The notes beneath the pieces are model-generated. The model did no database searches. It saw only the letters and a program-made list of their open reading frames with translations, and was not told where the DNA came from. The translations under genes were made by a program, and so were the position numbers. From the human T2T-CHM13v2.0 reference genome, Homo sapiens, in assembly GCF_009914755.1 (NCBI RefSeq), contig NC_060926.1: 64,000 nucleotides of DNA. One strand, given 5' to 3'. This document shows positions 1-15,100 of the stretch, piece after piece; the stretch's first letter is position 1; every line of letters begins with the position of its first letter.

Positions 1-443
1 AAATATTTGTCATGCTTTGTTTAGTATTGATTTTTTTCTTCATTTTCCTCAAAAGTTTATTAAAATCTTCATTACTTTAATGGAACTTTCAAGAAAGCAT
101 GAAGGACCTATACTTCTGTTACTATTAGATCATTTTGCTTAAAATAGAGAATAACTCAGATGTGTATTTATTTTCATTTTTCAAGGGCTAGCCATATGGC
201 AAGCAAACTATTTTTCTGTTAATACCACTGGATTCTGCCATATTCTTCAATGGGATGGGAAAAGGGTGACAAATTTAGTATATCATTTTCAATTCCAAAT
301 GTCATGCCCATGGGTGCCATTAAAATCATGCTAAAGACCAGAATTATTTGTTAAAATGGAATCGTGACTATATTTCATGTCCCCTCTTACTCTAAGTATC
401 AAACATTTTCTTTGTGTTTAGACTAGGATAGTGGAGAAAGGGA

Positions 444-620
444 TGTGGTATAATGGGAAGAGCTTTGGCTTTACAGTCTGGCTAATATTTCCAGTGAAAT
501 CTCAGACTCTCCAGTTTACTGGGTATGTGACTTTGGGAAAGTTACTTTATTCTCTGAGACTCCTTTATATTTAAACAGATAACAAAAGCATGTGTCTAAT
601 CAGGCTTGACCTAAGATCTA
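444..620 (+). mobile_element. MIR SINE fragment
   Basis: MIR core-like gggtatgtgactttgggaaagttactttattctctgag; boundaries approximate. Confidence 0.6.
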
Positions 621-1373
621 AATGTGTACTTTACATTAATAGAGATAAAAGACTCACAGACTTTGACATTTAAACCCTGCAGCTTGTGTAATTTGTCACT
701 AGTCGAATCATACAGAATAAATTTTAGGTTTCACATAAGATGCTCCCAGACCGCTAGTCATTGTTTGGACAATTACTTCTTTCAACCCAGAATTACTTTG
801 AATAAATTAAAGATGTACTCTATTCACTTCCATTTGCCAACATACAATAAATTAATGGAATAAAAAGTTCTCACATGAGAGGATATAAATTGAGAGGATA
901 TAAATTGTTAATTTCTAGCAAAAATGAACATAGCTGCTAATAATCACATAAGTGACCAATATTGTGGAGTTTCATGAGTTACTCATAATCTTGGGACCAC
1001 TGTTGAGCATTACCTAGAACAAGTCAACATGAGAGAGGGCCGTATCCTGTCGTTGAAAAATGTATTTCTTATGTGCTTAATACTGATTTTTTAAGATATA
1101 AATTAAGTATTAGTATCTATAATATTTTCCTTACCACTTTATTGGAAATTATGGTGGGTAAACCTTATTAGATTGTTTTAAGAATAAAGAGTTTTGGATT
1201 GCCAAGTTATCAATTTTACTTACAATTAATGACATTCTTTTCTTTATATAAAGTGTACTTCACTTAATAATTCAGATATTTTAATAACAATCCCATTAAT
1301 ATTGGGATGCCAATTTTTATTGATGCCCATTTTGTAAACAAATTCCTGGTTTCTTCTAGTAGAGAGTTTATTT

Positions 1374-1410
1374 CACACCCACACACATACACACTCACAC
1401 ACACACACAC
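1374..1410. repeat. Imperfect (CA)n microsatellite
   Basis: cacacccacacacatacacactcacacacacacacac. Confidence 0.85.
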
Positions 1411-1572
1411 GTACTCTCTTAACATGGAGCAGAGTAATTGGCAAATACCAAGATAATTAAAAATTAAAAGTAAACTATAGGATAATATCTTAATGAGCTT
1501 CCCCCAAATATTAACGTAATTAATGATGCATTGACCTCAAAATCATGTCAGACAGCACTGGAGAAAATTCAT

Positions 1573-1881
<309 letters not shown>

Positions 1882-2204
1882 TCAGAATTGCTAGGATACC
1901 GGATACACATAGGTACTTTGTATTTAACTAATTTTTTTCAGCTCAAGTTGTTTGCAAGACCAAATCTAAATTCATTCACAACCTTTAGTAAGTAATCAAT
2001 TATTAGTTGTAGTGGCAAGATATAAGGAAAAAAACCCTCTATTATAGTCAGTTTTATTGATATTTTTCTTCTTGTTTGGGTCTTGAGCTTTAGATTAGTT
2101 TGGAGGAGATTTTAATCTTAATCTAATAGAAGATATTGGCTAGGTAAAACTCAGATAAAAGATGTGTAAGTGTTATGTTTTCTTTGGTTTAGTTTAATTT
2201 AGTT

Positions 2205-2493
<289 letters not shown>

Positions 2494-2893
2494 TGATAAA
2501 TGCAATACCAATTTCTGATAATTTATCTTGCTATATAATACTTCATGGACTTCTTGCACTTTGTGGTGTTTTATTAGTCAGGAATAAGGAGAAAACAACT
2601 TATAGCTGTGGAAAGAGTACAAATTAATTTTTAAAAACTGGAGAATAAATCAAGCAATTCGGCTTTTGAAGACTTTCACTTGAAAAAACACTTTTTACTT
2701 TTTAATTATCATTTCTTAATAATAAAAATTATGCTCAAATGCTGCTTTTATGCCAGATTTTTAAAGAACCTTAATCTGAAAAAAAAAACTATTTTATAAT
2801 GCAAAAGGGCTCACGGTGAAATTTAGATCGGCAATATGAAATTACAAATTTATTATTATCGATATGACCTAACTTGTGCCTAACTTGATTTAG

Positions 2894-3040
2894 GGGGAAG
2901 AAACCTTAAGAATAGAGGATATCCTTGAAGTAATTGAGAAGGAAGGAGACTCAATTGCAGTGATCCTGTTCAGTGGGGTGCATTTTTACACTGGACAGCA
3001 CTTTAATATTCCTGCCATCACAAAAGCTGGACAAGCGAAG
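2894..3040 (+). CDS. KYNU: Kynureninase internal coding exon (about exon 8; aa ~195-243), 147 bp, phase 0-0
   Basis: ttag|GGG...AAG|gtatgc. Translates to [49 protein letters not shown], recognised human kynureninase sequence, and joins the next exon in frame. Confidence 0.96.
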
Positions 3041-3187
3041 GTATGCACGCCATTTACTTCTTCCCACCTTACTCCAAACATCACTCTACTTAAGAGTGTT
3101 CTAATTGCATGACTTGTGAAGTACTTTAGCTTGTGTCTGAGTAAAACTATTTCAAAAGTTAAAAAAAAAAAAAAAGAGTAAACCTTG

Positions 3188-3489
<302 letters not shown>

Positions 3490-3548
3490 TTACATTTTTA
3501 AAAGAAAATCTGTAATCTTTTTTGCTTCAGGCATCTCTATTTAAACTG

Positions 3549-3574
3549 CTTTTTTTTTTTTTTTTTTTTTTTTT
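3549..3574. repeat. Poly(T) tract
   Basis: About 26 consecutive T. Confidence 0.9.
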
Positions 3575-4484
3575 GCCACTTCTGTGGTCTCACCTCCTTA
3601 GTAGCAGCTGCTCTGTGCATTTGCCTCTAGTCAGCAGGCCAGGCAAGCTGTAGGTGATGCCATTGGTACTCAGCTGGTCAGTCACCAGGAAGCAGACAAA
3701 ATACTTAAGATAGGAAGTACATGCTAGGTCTATTAAAAATTCAACTCATACTTTGTCATACTATAAATCACTCTATAAATGAGTTTTCACTTAATGCTGA
3801 GTATCTAAAGATGAAGAAATGCAGAATTCAATTTTATCAGTAGATCAAATTTTATACAAGTTACTTTAAGGAGGCCATTTTATTCCTAAGACTCTTGAAA
3901 ATTTTTTATACTGCCTGTAATGAGAGCTTTTTTTCCTACCCACTACTAAATCACAGTTAAATTGTTTTGAAGTCATGTCTCTTTGTATGTAAGTGTTTGT
4001 AAAAAGTGTTTTTAGTATTTATTTGAAAAAAAAGGGCAACATTCAACAGTCACAATTTGTGCTTAAAATCTTTAAATAGCACTTCTATTTCATTCAGCAA
4101 TCAAGCCATGTATTTAAAAATGTGACAATTGAATTTTATTCTGAACATTAATAAGTTATGGGATTAATATACATGTGAGATCTAGTTAATATATTCAGTT
4201 ATTGAAGCTAATGAATGGAACTAATTAAAATATATTTAGCACTGTTATCAGCAGTCTCTAGGAATTTCTAACAACGACTTCCAACTGCTTTGACGGATAA
4301 CTCTGAAAGTGGTGCATTACAAAAGATATAAAGATAATGTCTTCTTAATTTAGATGTTAAATGTTAAGCACCAAAATAAAGGGAGGCCAATAAAAAATCA
4401 TATTTTAAAATGTTATGCAAGTAATCAGCAGTCCCTGCTTCCTTAGTATACACGTATGTCTCATTAACCTTCCTAGACATGAGA

Positions 4485-4705
4485 CAGCAAGATACAGAAG
4501 AAAGACCATGGGTTTCCATCACACAATCTGAGGTTCAAATCTTGGCTAGGTCATTTAATTGTTACACAATCTTGAGCAAGTTACTTGACATCTCGCTTTA
4601 AAAGTGCTAATTTAACATAACAGCACCCACCTTACAGGTTCAGTGTGAGAATGATGAATATAAAACACCAAATGGATTGGCACACATTCTGCTATTAAAT
4701 GATGG
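4485..4705 (+). mobile_element. MIR SINE fragment
   Basis: ggttcaaatcttggct...cttgagcaagttacttgac...caccttacaggtt...gtgagaat; boundaries approximate. Confidence 0.6.
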
Positions 4706-5592
4706 TTTCCTTACCTTTCTACTCTTCTCAATTAATATGATATTATAAAGTGGTTGAGAGACACTTTCTTTTGTTTCCCATTGAAACACAAAATAAATTT
4801 GTTTACTTTAGGTTTTATAAGTAAATCTCATACTTAAGTACTTTGATTGCTAAAGCCATTTGTTAAATGTTTTGCAGGTTTTCTTTAACTTAAAAAATAT
4901 AGTAAATGCCTACCAAGTTAGTCTCATAGAACTCTCAGTCAAATAAATGAAGGTAGGAATGAGCAGCTTTAAGTGTAACTATGAAGAAGCAATCAATACT
5001 ATGGGAATCAAATGGGGATATAGCAGATGTAGATTTATCCATTATCACGATTATTCTAACAAATTTTTACCCTCTTGCTGTAGTTCCTCCTATTATCAAC
5101 CAAGGTGAGGCAAAGTTCTTTGAAATGTAGACTTCGATAGGTCTCTCTGGTGGTCTGGTCATCTGTGAATAAAACTGAAGAGAGAGGCAGAGAAGAAATT
5201 AAAGGTGTCAATCAAGAAAGAGATAGGAAATTCTAAGAACAAAGGGCATGACACAGTCACTGGTAGATTTGGACATGTGAGGCAAAAAAACGTTTTCAGA
5301 AATAAAGCATGGTGGGAATACAAAATGATGGTGGGATGGAGCAATGAGAGTCAATCAGGAGGTTCTGAGGTAAAATCTTCATAGTCATGTGATAAGGAAG
5401 AAGAAACAGAAATTGTGAAAAATATTTTAATTTAAGAAATGTATGTATACCAAAAACAGCATGAATCATAAGCAAATAGCTTCATGAGTTATTTTGAGGC
5501 CTTATAACCATCACCCCATCAAGAAAAAAAAAGTATTTCCAATACTCAGAATCCTCAATCGTGTCTTCTTCCAAATACTACCTGTTACCTTC

Positions 5593-5964
5593 TGTCTCTG
5601 TCCACTTGGGCTGCTATAACAAAATACCTTAAACTGGGTAATTTAAAAACAACATAAATATATTGCTCACAGTTCTGGAGGCTGGGAAGTGCAAGATCAA
5701 GATGCCAGCAGACTTGGTGTCTGCTTAGGGCTGCTGTTTGTTTCACAGATGACGCCTTGTTGCTTTGCCCTTCCTCACATGGCAGAAGGGCTAAGGGAGC
5801 TTTCTAGAGCCTCTAATACAAAGGGACAAATTCCATTCATGAGGAATCACTTAATCATGACTTAATCATTTCCAAAGCCCTGACCTCCTAATACTGTCAC
5901 ATTGGGTATAAGGTTGTGACATATAAAATTGGGGTCTGGGGAGACCAACATTTAGACCATAGCA
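5593..5964 (-). mobile_element. MaLR solo LTR (MLT1A/MSTD-like)
   Basis: gggctgctataacaaaatacc...gctcacagttctggaggctgggaag...ttagaccatagca termini. Confidence 0.8.
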
Positions 5965-6082
5965 TCCCCCTTTCAAATTTATAATTCCCCTAACTTCTAA
6001 CCACATAGTCAGCTTTGTCCATTTTGAACTTTATATAAATGCATTATTTTGTCTAGTTTTGAACTTTATATGAAGGTATACA

Positions 6083-6308
6083 CAGGTTGAATATTCCTTA
6101 CCTGAAATACTTGGGACCAGAAGTATTTTGGATATTTTTGGATTTTGGAATATTTGCATTATACTTACTGCTTGAACACACCAAATCTGGAAATCTCAAG
6201 TGCTCCAATGAAATTTTTATTCTTTGAGCATTCTGTCAGTGTTCAAAAAGTTTTGGATTTTGGAGCCTTTCAGATTTCTGAATTTGGGATTTTAGATGCT
6301 CATCTTTT
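6083..6308 (+). mobile_element. Tigger4a/MER46-like DNA transposon relic
   Basis: caggttgaatattccttacctgaaatacttgggaccagaagt...gtgctccaatg...gttttggattttggagc. Confidence 0.75.
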
Positions 6309-6319
6309 ATAAAGTTTTT

Positions 6320-6930
6320 TTTTGTGTTTGGCTTATTTGCTACTTTTATATGTGTGAGATTCATTCATGCAGTACCTAGCAGTACTTTTGTTTGTTTTTT
6401 TTTTCTATTTCAGTGTATTTTTACATAGTATGAAATAGATCACAGGTTTTTTCCGTTTTATTTAGGGTAGATATTTGGATTTTATTTTCATTTGAAAACT
6501 ACTAATATAATAATACATGCTACTCTAAATATTCACATAAATTTTGGGGGGTATACATTCATATACATTTCTGTTAAGTATATACCTAGAATTAGAATTC
6601 CTGAACCATAAGGTATTTGTATATTTATTTCTAATCAATAATGCCAATCCTCCAAAAAAGTTGTTCTTCTACCAGCATATATTAGACTTTCTGTTTCTCT
6701 ACAGCTTCACCAATAGTTACTGTTTTCAGTCTTTATAATTTTAGCTGTTCTAAGTAGTTTGCAGTGGTAATGCGTGGCAGTTTTATTTTGCAGTTCCCTG
6801 ATTATTGATAAGATTGAGAATCTTCCAAATACTTGTTGATTTTCTATATATCTTTTATGAAATGCTTGTTCAAGTGTCTTGCCCATATTTCTATATGGTT
6901 AGCTTTCTTTTCCTGGTTTGATTGTAGGTG
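6320..6930 (-). mobile_element. Ancient L1M(E)-like fragment
   Basis: gtatatacctagaattagaatt...ttttaattttagc...ttccctgatta resemble old L1 3' ORF2/UTR antisense; approximate. Confidence 0.55.
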
Positions 6931-8839
6931 GTATAGAAATTGATTTTGAAGGAGAGAGAAAATACAAGATTTCAAGTGGTCATCAAAGAAGAAAACTAAT
7001 TAATAAAAAGAACAATTGATAATATGACTTTGATTCACACAATAGATTTAAGATACTGAGGCTTTTCTTAACTGAGGAGGCCTGAGATTGTAGCAAGTGG
7101 GGGAGGCCAAGGAAAACAGGTTAGAGAGCTCAATAACAAGGGAAGGCCAGCATGTGGCAAGAGACATCAGTTTGAAGATGCTTCTTCAAGATGAAGATGT
7201 GCCAACCCATCTTTTTGGAGCTCTGTCTTACTTCCATGTTTCTATATTTTTCATATTCTGTTACTTGTTTCTACTAGGAACTTCTTTCCTACACCCACTA
7301 ATTGTAGATGTTTCTGATTGTCCCCTGCATTGTATCTCTAGTGATTTTTAACCACTGCCATAATTCAGCTACCACTGTCAAGTGCAGACTCCAGGCTACT
7401 CATACAATAGGAAATAGCCTGCATCTTCCCACTACATCCGGATGTCCTATATGTACCTTGGGATCAATATGCTCCAAAGAGATTTGTGTCATCCACAAGA
7501 TGTCTCTACTGTATCATCATGTCACCATCTTTCTGGACCAGTACGCTCAGCTTTTCTGTTCTTGACCTTTTTAACCTATCTCTTATTAATTTCATCCTTT
7601 CAGGGTCTGTCTTTCTTTTAATATTTCTGAATCAAAGATGAATGTTTTCAGCTACAAGAAACAAATGTTAACCTTGGGTGAAAAATGCAGATTTCTTTTT
7701 CTCACCACGAAAGGGGCTGCTGGGGTCCACTCAGCAACTCAATTATGTCTGAGTGCCATCTCCCAAGTTTCCTTAGAGTTTTCTCAGACTTTTTCCATCA
7801 CAGTCACAAGATATTTGTCTCAAATCCAGAAATCTCATTTCTATTTAAGGCAGAGAGAAGGAAGAAGGGAGAAGCAGCAGGGCAGCTTCATCTGTTTCTT
7901 TCATCCTAAGTGCTAAATCTTTCCCAGAAAAAAACCTAGCAGATTCCTGCTAATGACTCACTGCTTCCTGAAATGGCAGCTAAGAAAGAGCATGAGTAAG
8001 GAAATATTTCACATCTATGGCCCTAAAGTAGAGAGAGACTAAGAGGAAGGGGTTGGGAATGGGCTTCGGGTTGGCTAAATATAATATTTCTTATGTTCCT
8101 CAATTATACCCTCATAGGATCTCATTGTTCCTAACCCATTTTCCTCTTTCGTCTTTCATTGCTCCTTTTTCCTTTTTTTCTATCCCTTTATTCTTCCCCC
8201 TCGCTCTCCTTTCTTTTTGTTCTCTCCCTTGCTCTCTCTCTTTCTTTTTTCTTTTATCGTCTCATTTCACAAAGCATTTGAAACAATTCATGGAAAATTG
8301 ACAAGGTGAAAATAAGATATAAAGCAAGAGGAATCAAGACTGTATGCCTAAATCATCTTGAGGTATGAATAGACTTTCCCACAAATTTAGATTATAATAA
8401 GAAATAGGAAATAAATAATGAAAAATATTTTAATAAGAACTCTTGATGTGTTAGGTAGAATAGTTATTGGTTATAAATAAATACAGTCACAAATGTCTTC
8501 ACAGTGATAGATGTTTATATTTTACTCATGCATCGGGCAGGAATTAACTTTCTCTCCATCCATTAATTCAGGTTTCCAAAAGATTCATGGTTGTGTCCTT
8601 TGGCTTTTGTGTCCACAGCCTCTGTCTGGATTCAGTCAAAGGAATGCACACTAACTTCTTTAAAGTCTTAGCTTAGAAATGGCAACATTTACTTCCACTT
8701 ATATTCCATTGACTAACACTCAGTCCATGACCTTTTCTGGGAAATGAAGTATCACTGCATGCTCAAGAACAGCTGTTAGTTTTGCTACACCTGGAACTAG
8801 TTATTGTGTGTTCCTGATGGAATAGGATACTTATTCTAA

Positions 8840-9095
8840 GATGCAGTATGGCATTTTCATTAACAGAATGTGTAGATCAGGAAGACACAGTCAGACCTGG
8901 ACTTGACTCTAGGTCTCTACATTACTTTTCAGCATAGTTTTAATTCATTTACTAATGTGAGTTATTTTGTCCATTTAACAAATTAGGAAAATAATCGTGC
9001 CAACTTCACAGGTTTGTTCTAAAGAGAATGAAAAGGTATACATTTTAAAAATACTTAGTGCTTAGCAGATGGTAAGCACTCAATAAATGTTAGCA
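8840..9095 (+). mobile_element. MIR SINE
   Basis: aacttcacaggtttgtt...cttagtgcttagcagatggtaagcactcaataaatgttagc 3' end. Confidence 0.65.
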
Positions 9096-9464
9096 GTTGT
9101 CAACATGTTAAGAAAAAAAATTGGACTATCCAGGCTTGTTGGAAAAAGAAATAATGAAGAAATGAGATTTTTTAGGCAGAAAGTGAAATATCCAGAATTT
9201 TTTATTAAAGACTGTCACTGAATAGTTCCACACTAGAATTAAAAAAAAAAAGAAAAGAATAATCTAAGCAGTTTGGCCAGGACTCAAGAGACTAAACTGA
9301 AGTTTTAAAAAGTTAAGAGATGGAACTTACAAAAATTTTAATAGTCTTATTTTTAAAAAACTCAGCACAAACTCTTTGTACTCCTCCATCCCTTTCTAAT
9401 TTCATCTAAAGTGGCTTAAAGCACATGGAAACTTAAATGGGACCTAGTTGTTAGGAAGAGCCAA

Positions 9465-9503
9465 ATAAGTATTTGTTGAATGAATGAATGAATGAATGAA
9501 TGA
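9465..9503 (+). repeat. (GAAT)n, probable L2 3' tail
   Basis: aataagtatttgttgaatgaatgaatgaatgaatgaatga. Confidence 0.75.
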
Positions 9504-10894
9504 TTCCCTTAATTTCTCACATCTTTTACACATTTTAGTGTACCTAATGGATGCTGGCATATTTGTTTTTTTTCAGCTTACTAAAAGTTGAATGCAAATG
9601 GTGGTTAAAAAGAAGACCAAATTCTGCAAACTCCAACATTGTTTTATTAGCTTCTACTTCTTTGTGTGCCATATGATGCTTTGTTTGGGTGCAAACGTCT
9701 CACATCTCTTAGACTCAATCATAAGCTGTTTAAATTATTAAAAAATAATAATCACAATGATAGCCCAGGCAGTTTGAATAAAAATGAATTACTTCTGGAT
9801 CCAGAATAATTTAAGGCAAAAATCAGAAATACGAATAAAGACATCATTAATAAAATCATTTAGTAAAATCACAGGTACCCAAACCACATTTAAATATGAA
9901 TATCCACCTCAGTGAACCTTCTATTTATCTTCAGATAGTCCTAATTATTTTTTAAAAACAATTTTGAGTTTATTTTAGAACACACCATTGAGTGATCAAG
10001 CCTCAAATTTCTACAGAAAGCTTGGCCGTGATGCTTTTAGTCCTGAAAATTGGAAATCAACTGTCGTAATATTATAATAGAATAATATCTCTGTAATATC
10101 TCTATTACAGTAGAATGATATCAATAATACATGGGATATCAGAACTTGAGCAATTAATTAGCTAGAATAAATGAGTACTAAACACTTTTGTGTACAAATA
10201 TAAATTAGCATAATGTATGAAATTTTTATCCATAAAAATTAACCTCTTTCATAAAAGTTTAATACTGGAATGTTAAATAAGTCATCTTTACCAGAAATTG
10301 TTGACATTAGAGACATTTTGCTATTGTCACTGGCCATTCACCGAATAGGATCTTAGTGTATAAGAAGAATCCTGTCGCTATTGTTTCTATAGTAGAACCA
10401 TAGAATAGCATGCATTTGGATCTTTTATCAGTACATATTTGGTCAGTAAATTATAATAAAGGAGTTGCAAATAGAAACACCTAACTTAACCTGGATTGTC
10501 AGGGTGAGACCTTCTTAAAGAAGATGAGATCTGAGCCAATTATAGAATATGGGTAGAAGTTATCAGGTAAAATCCCTTCTAGAAAGTTAAAAATATTGGT
10601 AGGATTGCAGGGAAGCAAGTATTTCAGTGTAATTTGTGTAATTTTAGAAAAGGGAGGACAAGTCTATAAAGCAGACCAAAGGCCAACTAAAGAAGGTCCC
10701 ACTAAGCCATTTAGCTTTGCCCTGAAGACCCATGGAAAGCCATTGAAAGGTTTTAGCCATTCAAAGAGCCATATTTATATTAATTTTACAAAGAAATATC
10801 CTGCATATGGTGATGAGAATAGATTGGAATGAAATACAGGTGGACGAAAAGAGGCAATTGCAGTATCTTTGCAAGAATTTGAAAACTCTCTGTT

Positions 10895-11200
10895 GCGTGG
10901 GCGCCGTAGCTCACGCCTGTAGTCCCAGCACTTTGGAAGCCTGAAGCAAGTGGATTGCGTGAGCCTAGGAGTTCGAGACCAGCCTGAGCAACATGTTGAA
11001 ACATCGCCTATATAAAAAATTAAAATATAGCTGGGTGTGATTGTGTGTGCCTGTAGTCCCAGCTACTCAGGAGGCTGAGGTGGGAGTATCACTTGAGCTC
11101 AGGAGGTGGAGGCTGCAATGAACCAAGATCATACCATTGCACTCCAGCCTGCTGGACAGAGTGAGACTCTGTCTCTAAATAAATAAATAAATAAATAAAT
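10895..11200 (+). mobile_element. AluJ with (TAAA)n tail
   Basis: ggattgcgtgagcctaggagttcgagacc and gaggctgcaatg (J-type), taaataaataaa tail. Confidence 0.9.
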
Positions 11201-13339
11201 ATGCTCTGTCATTATGATACAGTTCAAAAGATGAAGGTATGAAAGGACAGATCCATTTCATGCACACAATTTTTTTTATCTCAGGGGAAATCATTTTTAT
11301 TCATCCTCATTCCCTCAGTGACAATAAAAACAGGTTACGTATAAGCATCAGAAATAAAGTATCTGTACTGAACTCCTGTAGTTTAACTCACCTTTGGTTC
11401 TATTCACAGAATTCAAGAAAAAGACATGTTAAATACACACAAACACACACATATATATATTTGTAAATATTTTTGGGTATGCTTATATACGTGTATATGT
11501 ACGTGTATATATATACTTGACACATTTTCAGGGTGATAGAAGATATACTATATCTGCTTATGAAAAATGTTGATTAAGGAATTTACACCTGTATTTTGAT
11601 GTAGGGGAAAATGACATAAAGCTTAGATGCAATGTTCCATTAGCTAATTGGTCTTTACTCTTCACTTTGGAAATAGTGGAAGATTGTTTTGTTCAGACAG
11701 ATAGTGAACAATCTGTAGTCTTAAATCCATGCAGGTGGAAGCCTAAAATATGTCAAATAAGTCAAAATATGTTGGTGAGGATCAGTGCCCAAGAATCTGA
11801 AAATTTTGAGCTGTTTCTAAGAAGTCTTCATCAGGTGTTTAATTTAAGCTTTTGATTAAATAGACCATTTGAGAAATAATGATTAATTCTCAATGGAAAT
11901 GAAGCCTGGCCTCCAGATGTTGTTATAGGATTACAGATCTGGGAAAAGCAAGCCTCCTGGTTGTCAATCAGGATCTCTGCTTCTGCAGCCACCCTTATCA
12001 AAGCCATGAGGGATATCTATTTCTCCTGAATTAGCCTCATTCATTGGCATAACAGCTAAACCTAGGGCCTCCCGAAGGAAGTGTTACACTTAAGTTTTTT
12101 GTAGATGATAGATGTTTCATAAAATACTTAAGTTGCCTAAAGCCCAGAGTATATTCTTGAATATTCCATTTTTCATGCCTCTTGACTAACCAAGGAAGGC
12201 AGATTTAAGTCTTTGTTAAACTGAAAAATGAAAGTGTTCCAATGTGAAATGTACACATCAGTTCTAATTTATTCTACCCTCCATAAAAGTGGAAAAGGAA
12301 GGCTATGTCTCATGGCAATAAAAATGGAATTCCAAAAGATCTTTGGGCAGAAAAAAAATTCCCAATAAAATATGAGAGATTTCTTCCACACCATTCTCTG
12401 AAATTCACTTCTTTCATCAGTTAAATTATTTATACAAACAAGATTAGGGATGTCAACATGAAAGGTTAGTCGATTTGAAGAGAAAATATTTTCGCAGCAG
12501 ATAATCTATCTTATGGAGGAGGGTGGTGAGCAAAGAAGATAATCATCATATTGTCTATAAAACCTGGCATCAAAGGAAGCAATTTAGAAGCAGTGTCTTC
12601 GAGAATTGTCCCATAGTGTCTATGCAATATTATCAAATTCAGTATGTAAATAAATATTTTAAAATAAAGTAAATTTGGTTGAGGAATAGGCCATTCATGT
12701 TGACACAGTAATCAGCAGAAAAATACCTTATGGGAGACTGTTCCTTTATTTTATATCTAAATGGGGCTATCTCCAGATATAACTGTCACTAGTACGTGAT
12801 GGATAAATTAAATACTTGCTTCAAATCCACTTTATAATAAGACTAGTAGGTAAATTGATGAATAAAGGTTAAAAGTCACCATGTGTCTGAAAAGTCAGTT
12901 GGACTTTGTTGGGACAGTTGTGATTGGCACCATGTTTTGCCTACTTGAATTTCCTGCATCGTGTTTCTCCCACAGGATGACCATTGTTCCTTTACTGATT
13001 GTGGAATAGAATGCAAATAACTTCAGCTCTTTATGATTTTGCATATGCTGAATTATCAGTATCATATTTTCCACTGTTCTCCTTCACATAACATATATCA
13101 GCTAAGCCAAAAGTTGTATATATTCCCTGTCTCAATGTCCTACTTTGTGCCTCCTTGTCTTCCTTTTTAGCTTTCCCTCCACCTACATATTCCCACAAGT
13201 GAAGATTCTCCTTTCCTCTATTCCCAGTCAACCATTACTTGCTTCACAGGTTACAACTTGTCCTAGAGGTTTGCTTTGTGTAGGCCCTCATTGTATTAGC
13301 AAACATGGTGTATTTTTAAAATGTAGTCATATGCCAACA

Positions 13340-13530
13340 ATAGGAAATCATGAGATTTCATATAAAGACTCCTGGTTTCAAATATCTTCCAAAAAATTAG
13401 AAGTTTGACAACAATGGACCTTCATTCCTATAGGTGGCAACACTGGGTAGCAGCTCTGTCCCTTAGATGGGGCTTAAGCTCTTCGACACAACATCCATGT
13501 TTACCCACTGAGCCCACCATTGAAGCCAAG
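13340..13530 (+). mobile_element. MER102-like hAT relic
   Basis: ttcatataaagactcctggtttc...aaaaattagaagtttgacaacaatgg...cccttagatgggg resembles recalled MER102; approximate. Confidence 0.4.
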
Positions 13531-14749
13531 TCATCGCTGGTGAATATATCTATATGAATACCACAACATTATGTGTGTGTGTGTGTGTGTGTATTCATGC
13601 TTATGATATTCTTACAATGAAGTGTAAAATAAAGTATTTCTTGCAGGCCCAACTCGTACATTGCTTGACTGACTCTTGTAGAAACCTGCAAATGAAATCC
13701 TTGACTTTTATTGGCAACATTTTCTCACTTTTCTGTATCAGGATATATCTGTCTTCCTGCTATACTTCCACACCATGATGAAAAATGTATCATTGGCCAC
13801 CGTTTGCACTGTCTTATAATTACTTCTATGCCTATTTTAACTCTCAAATTTAGGAAGCTATGTCAGTAGAGTGTTCAATGACTGATTGAGGGTAGACCTT
13901 GCAAATTTCACAGATTCATGTGCTTTGCACATAGTCTTTCATCATTAAATACATACCTGCTAGACAAGTGAATGTATAAATGTGTGTACATCAGCAGTCA
14001 AGTGGACCAGGTTGATTTGATGGAACAGTACTGCATAAAAAGCACAACTGTATTCCTGCTTAAAAAGAATCAGAAGCTTCTACAGAATAACTTATAATGG
14101 TTAATTAGTCTAAAAAATCAAGATGCTTTTTGTAAGTTTTGAGTTCTTTTTCAAATTCCACTTCTATTCTTTGACACACTTAGGATGTGCAGACTGCTCC
14201 GTTAAGTCATTAAATATTAAATGAACTAAATTAAGCTTGAAAAACTACCTTAAGCTATTTTTCCCATCTTGAGTCTCAGAAATAAATCAAACAAACTACA
14301 TTTTGTGTGAGGTCCTTGCTAGCCAGAGAAAGACTGTAGAAGAGAACAGCATGACTGAATTTATTTAATTTTTCTTGGTTTTCATACTTACTTTTGACAG
14401 TAAGTAAAGACAATTATTTTTTTCTGGTAAAAAGAAACAGCTGAAATTTGCTCTTTCAAGCATATACTTTATTTAAAGTGGCGTGATTATTGTACCTGCA
14501 AATTATACAATGGTTTAGGGGCTCAGGATTGGTTTGCTTTTCCATTCTTCCAAACCCTTTACTCTTACCCATCCAGCTGTCAGTTCTCTCTAATACCTTC
14601 TCAATTCACACCTTTCCCTTAAATTTCATTAGCAAAATGCTCATTTTCTTCCCTCCTCTTATCTCTCATCTCTGGATTTGACAATCTTGCCAATGTCTAC
14701 TTTAAGCAGGCAGAGATGAAACAGTGAATCTAGTCTCTGAAATAATGCT

Positions 14750-14980
14750 TCATAAAAATGTGAATGATAATAGCTACAGTTGATGGCCTACTGTGTTTCT
14801 GGTACTTGACATGTATTTCCAATTTTCCTAGCAACCCTAACAGTAAGTTTTCACCACTGCTCATTTGAGGAGAGTGAATCTGAGAGAGTTTAAGCACTTC
14901 CTCAAGGCAATTTAGCTGGCAAGTAAAGGCTAGAATTTGTGTCTAGCTATAGCTGATACCAAAGCTCTCTTTCCACAGTA
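14750..14980 (-). mobile_element. MIR SINE
   Basis: gcaaccctaa...tgagagagtttaagcacttcctcaagg...agctggcaagtaaaggctagaatttg. Confidence 0.65.
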
Positions 14981-14984
14981 TTGT

Positions 14985-15050
14985 CTTGTCTATATATATA
15001 TATGAATTTGCCATTTATAGTCAATTATGTAGACTACAGAGACAGAGGCC

Positions 15051-15100
<50 letters not shown>

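Noticed and set aside
878-908. 15-bp tandem duplication gagaggatataaatt (similar small ones at ~24448-24506 and ~42118-42166)
   Set aside because: Ordinary slippage micro-duplications with no functional hint.
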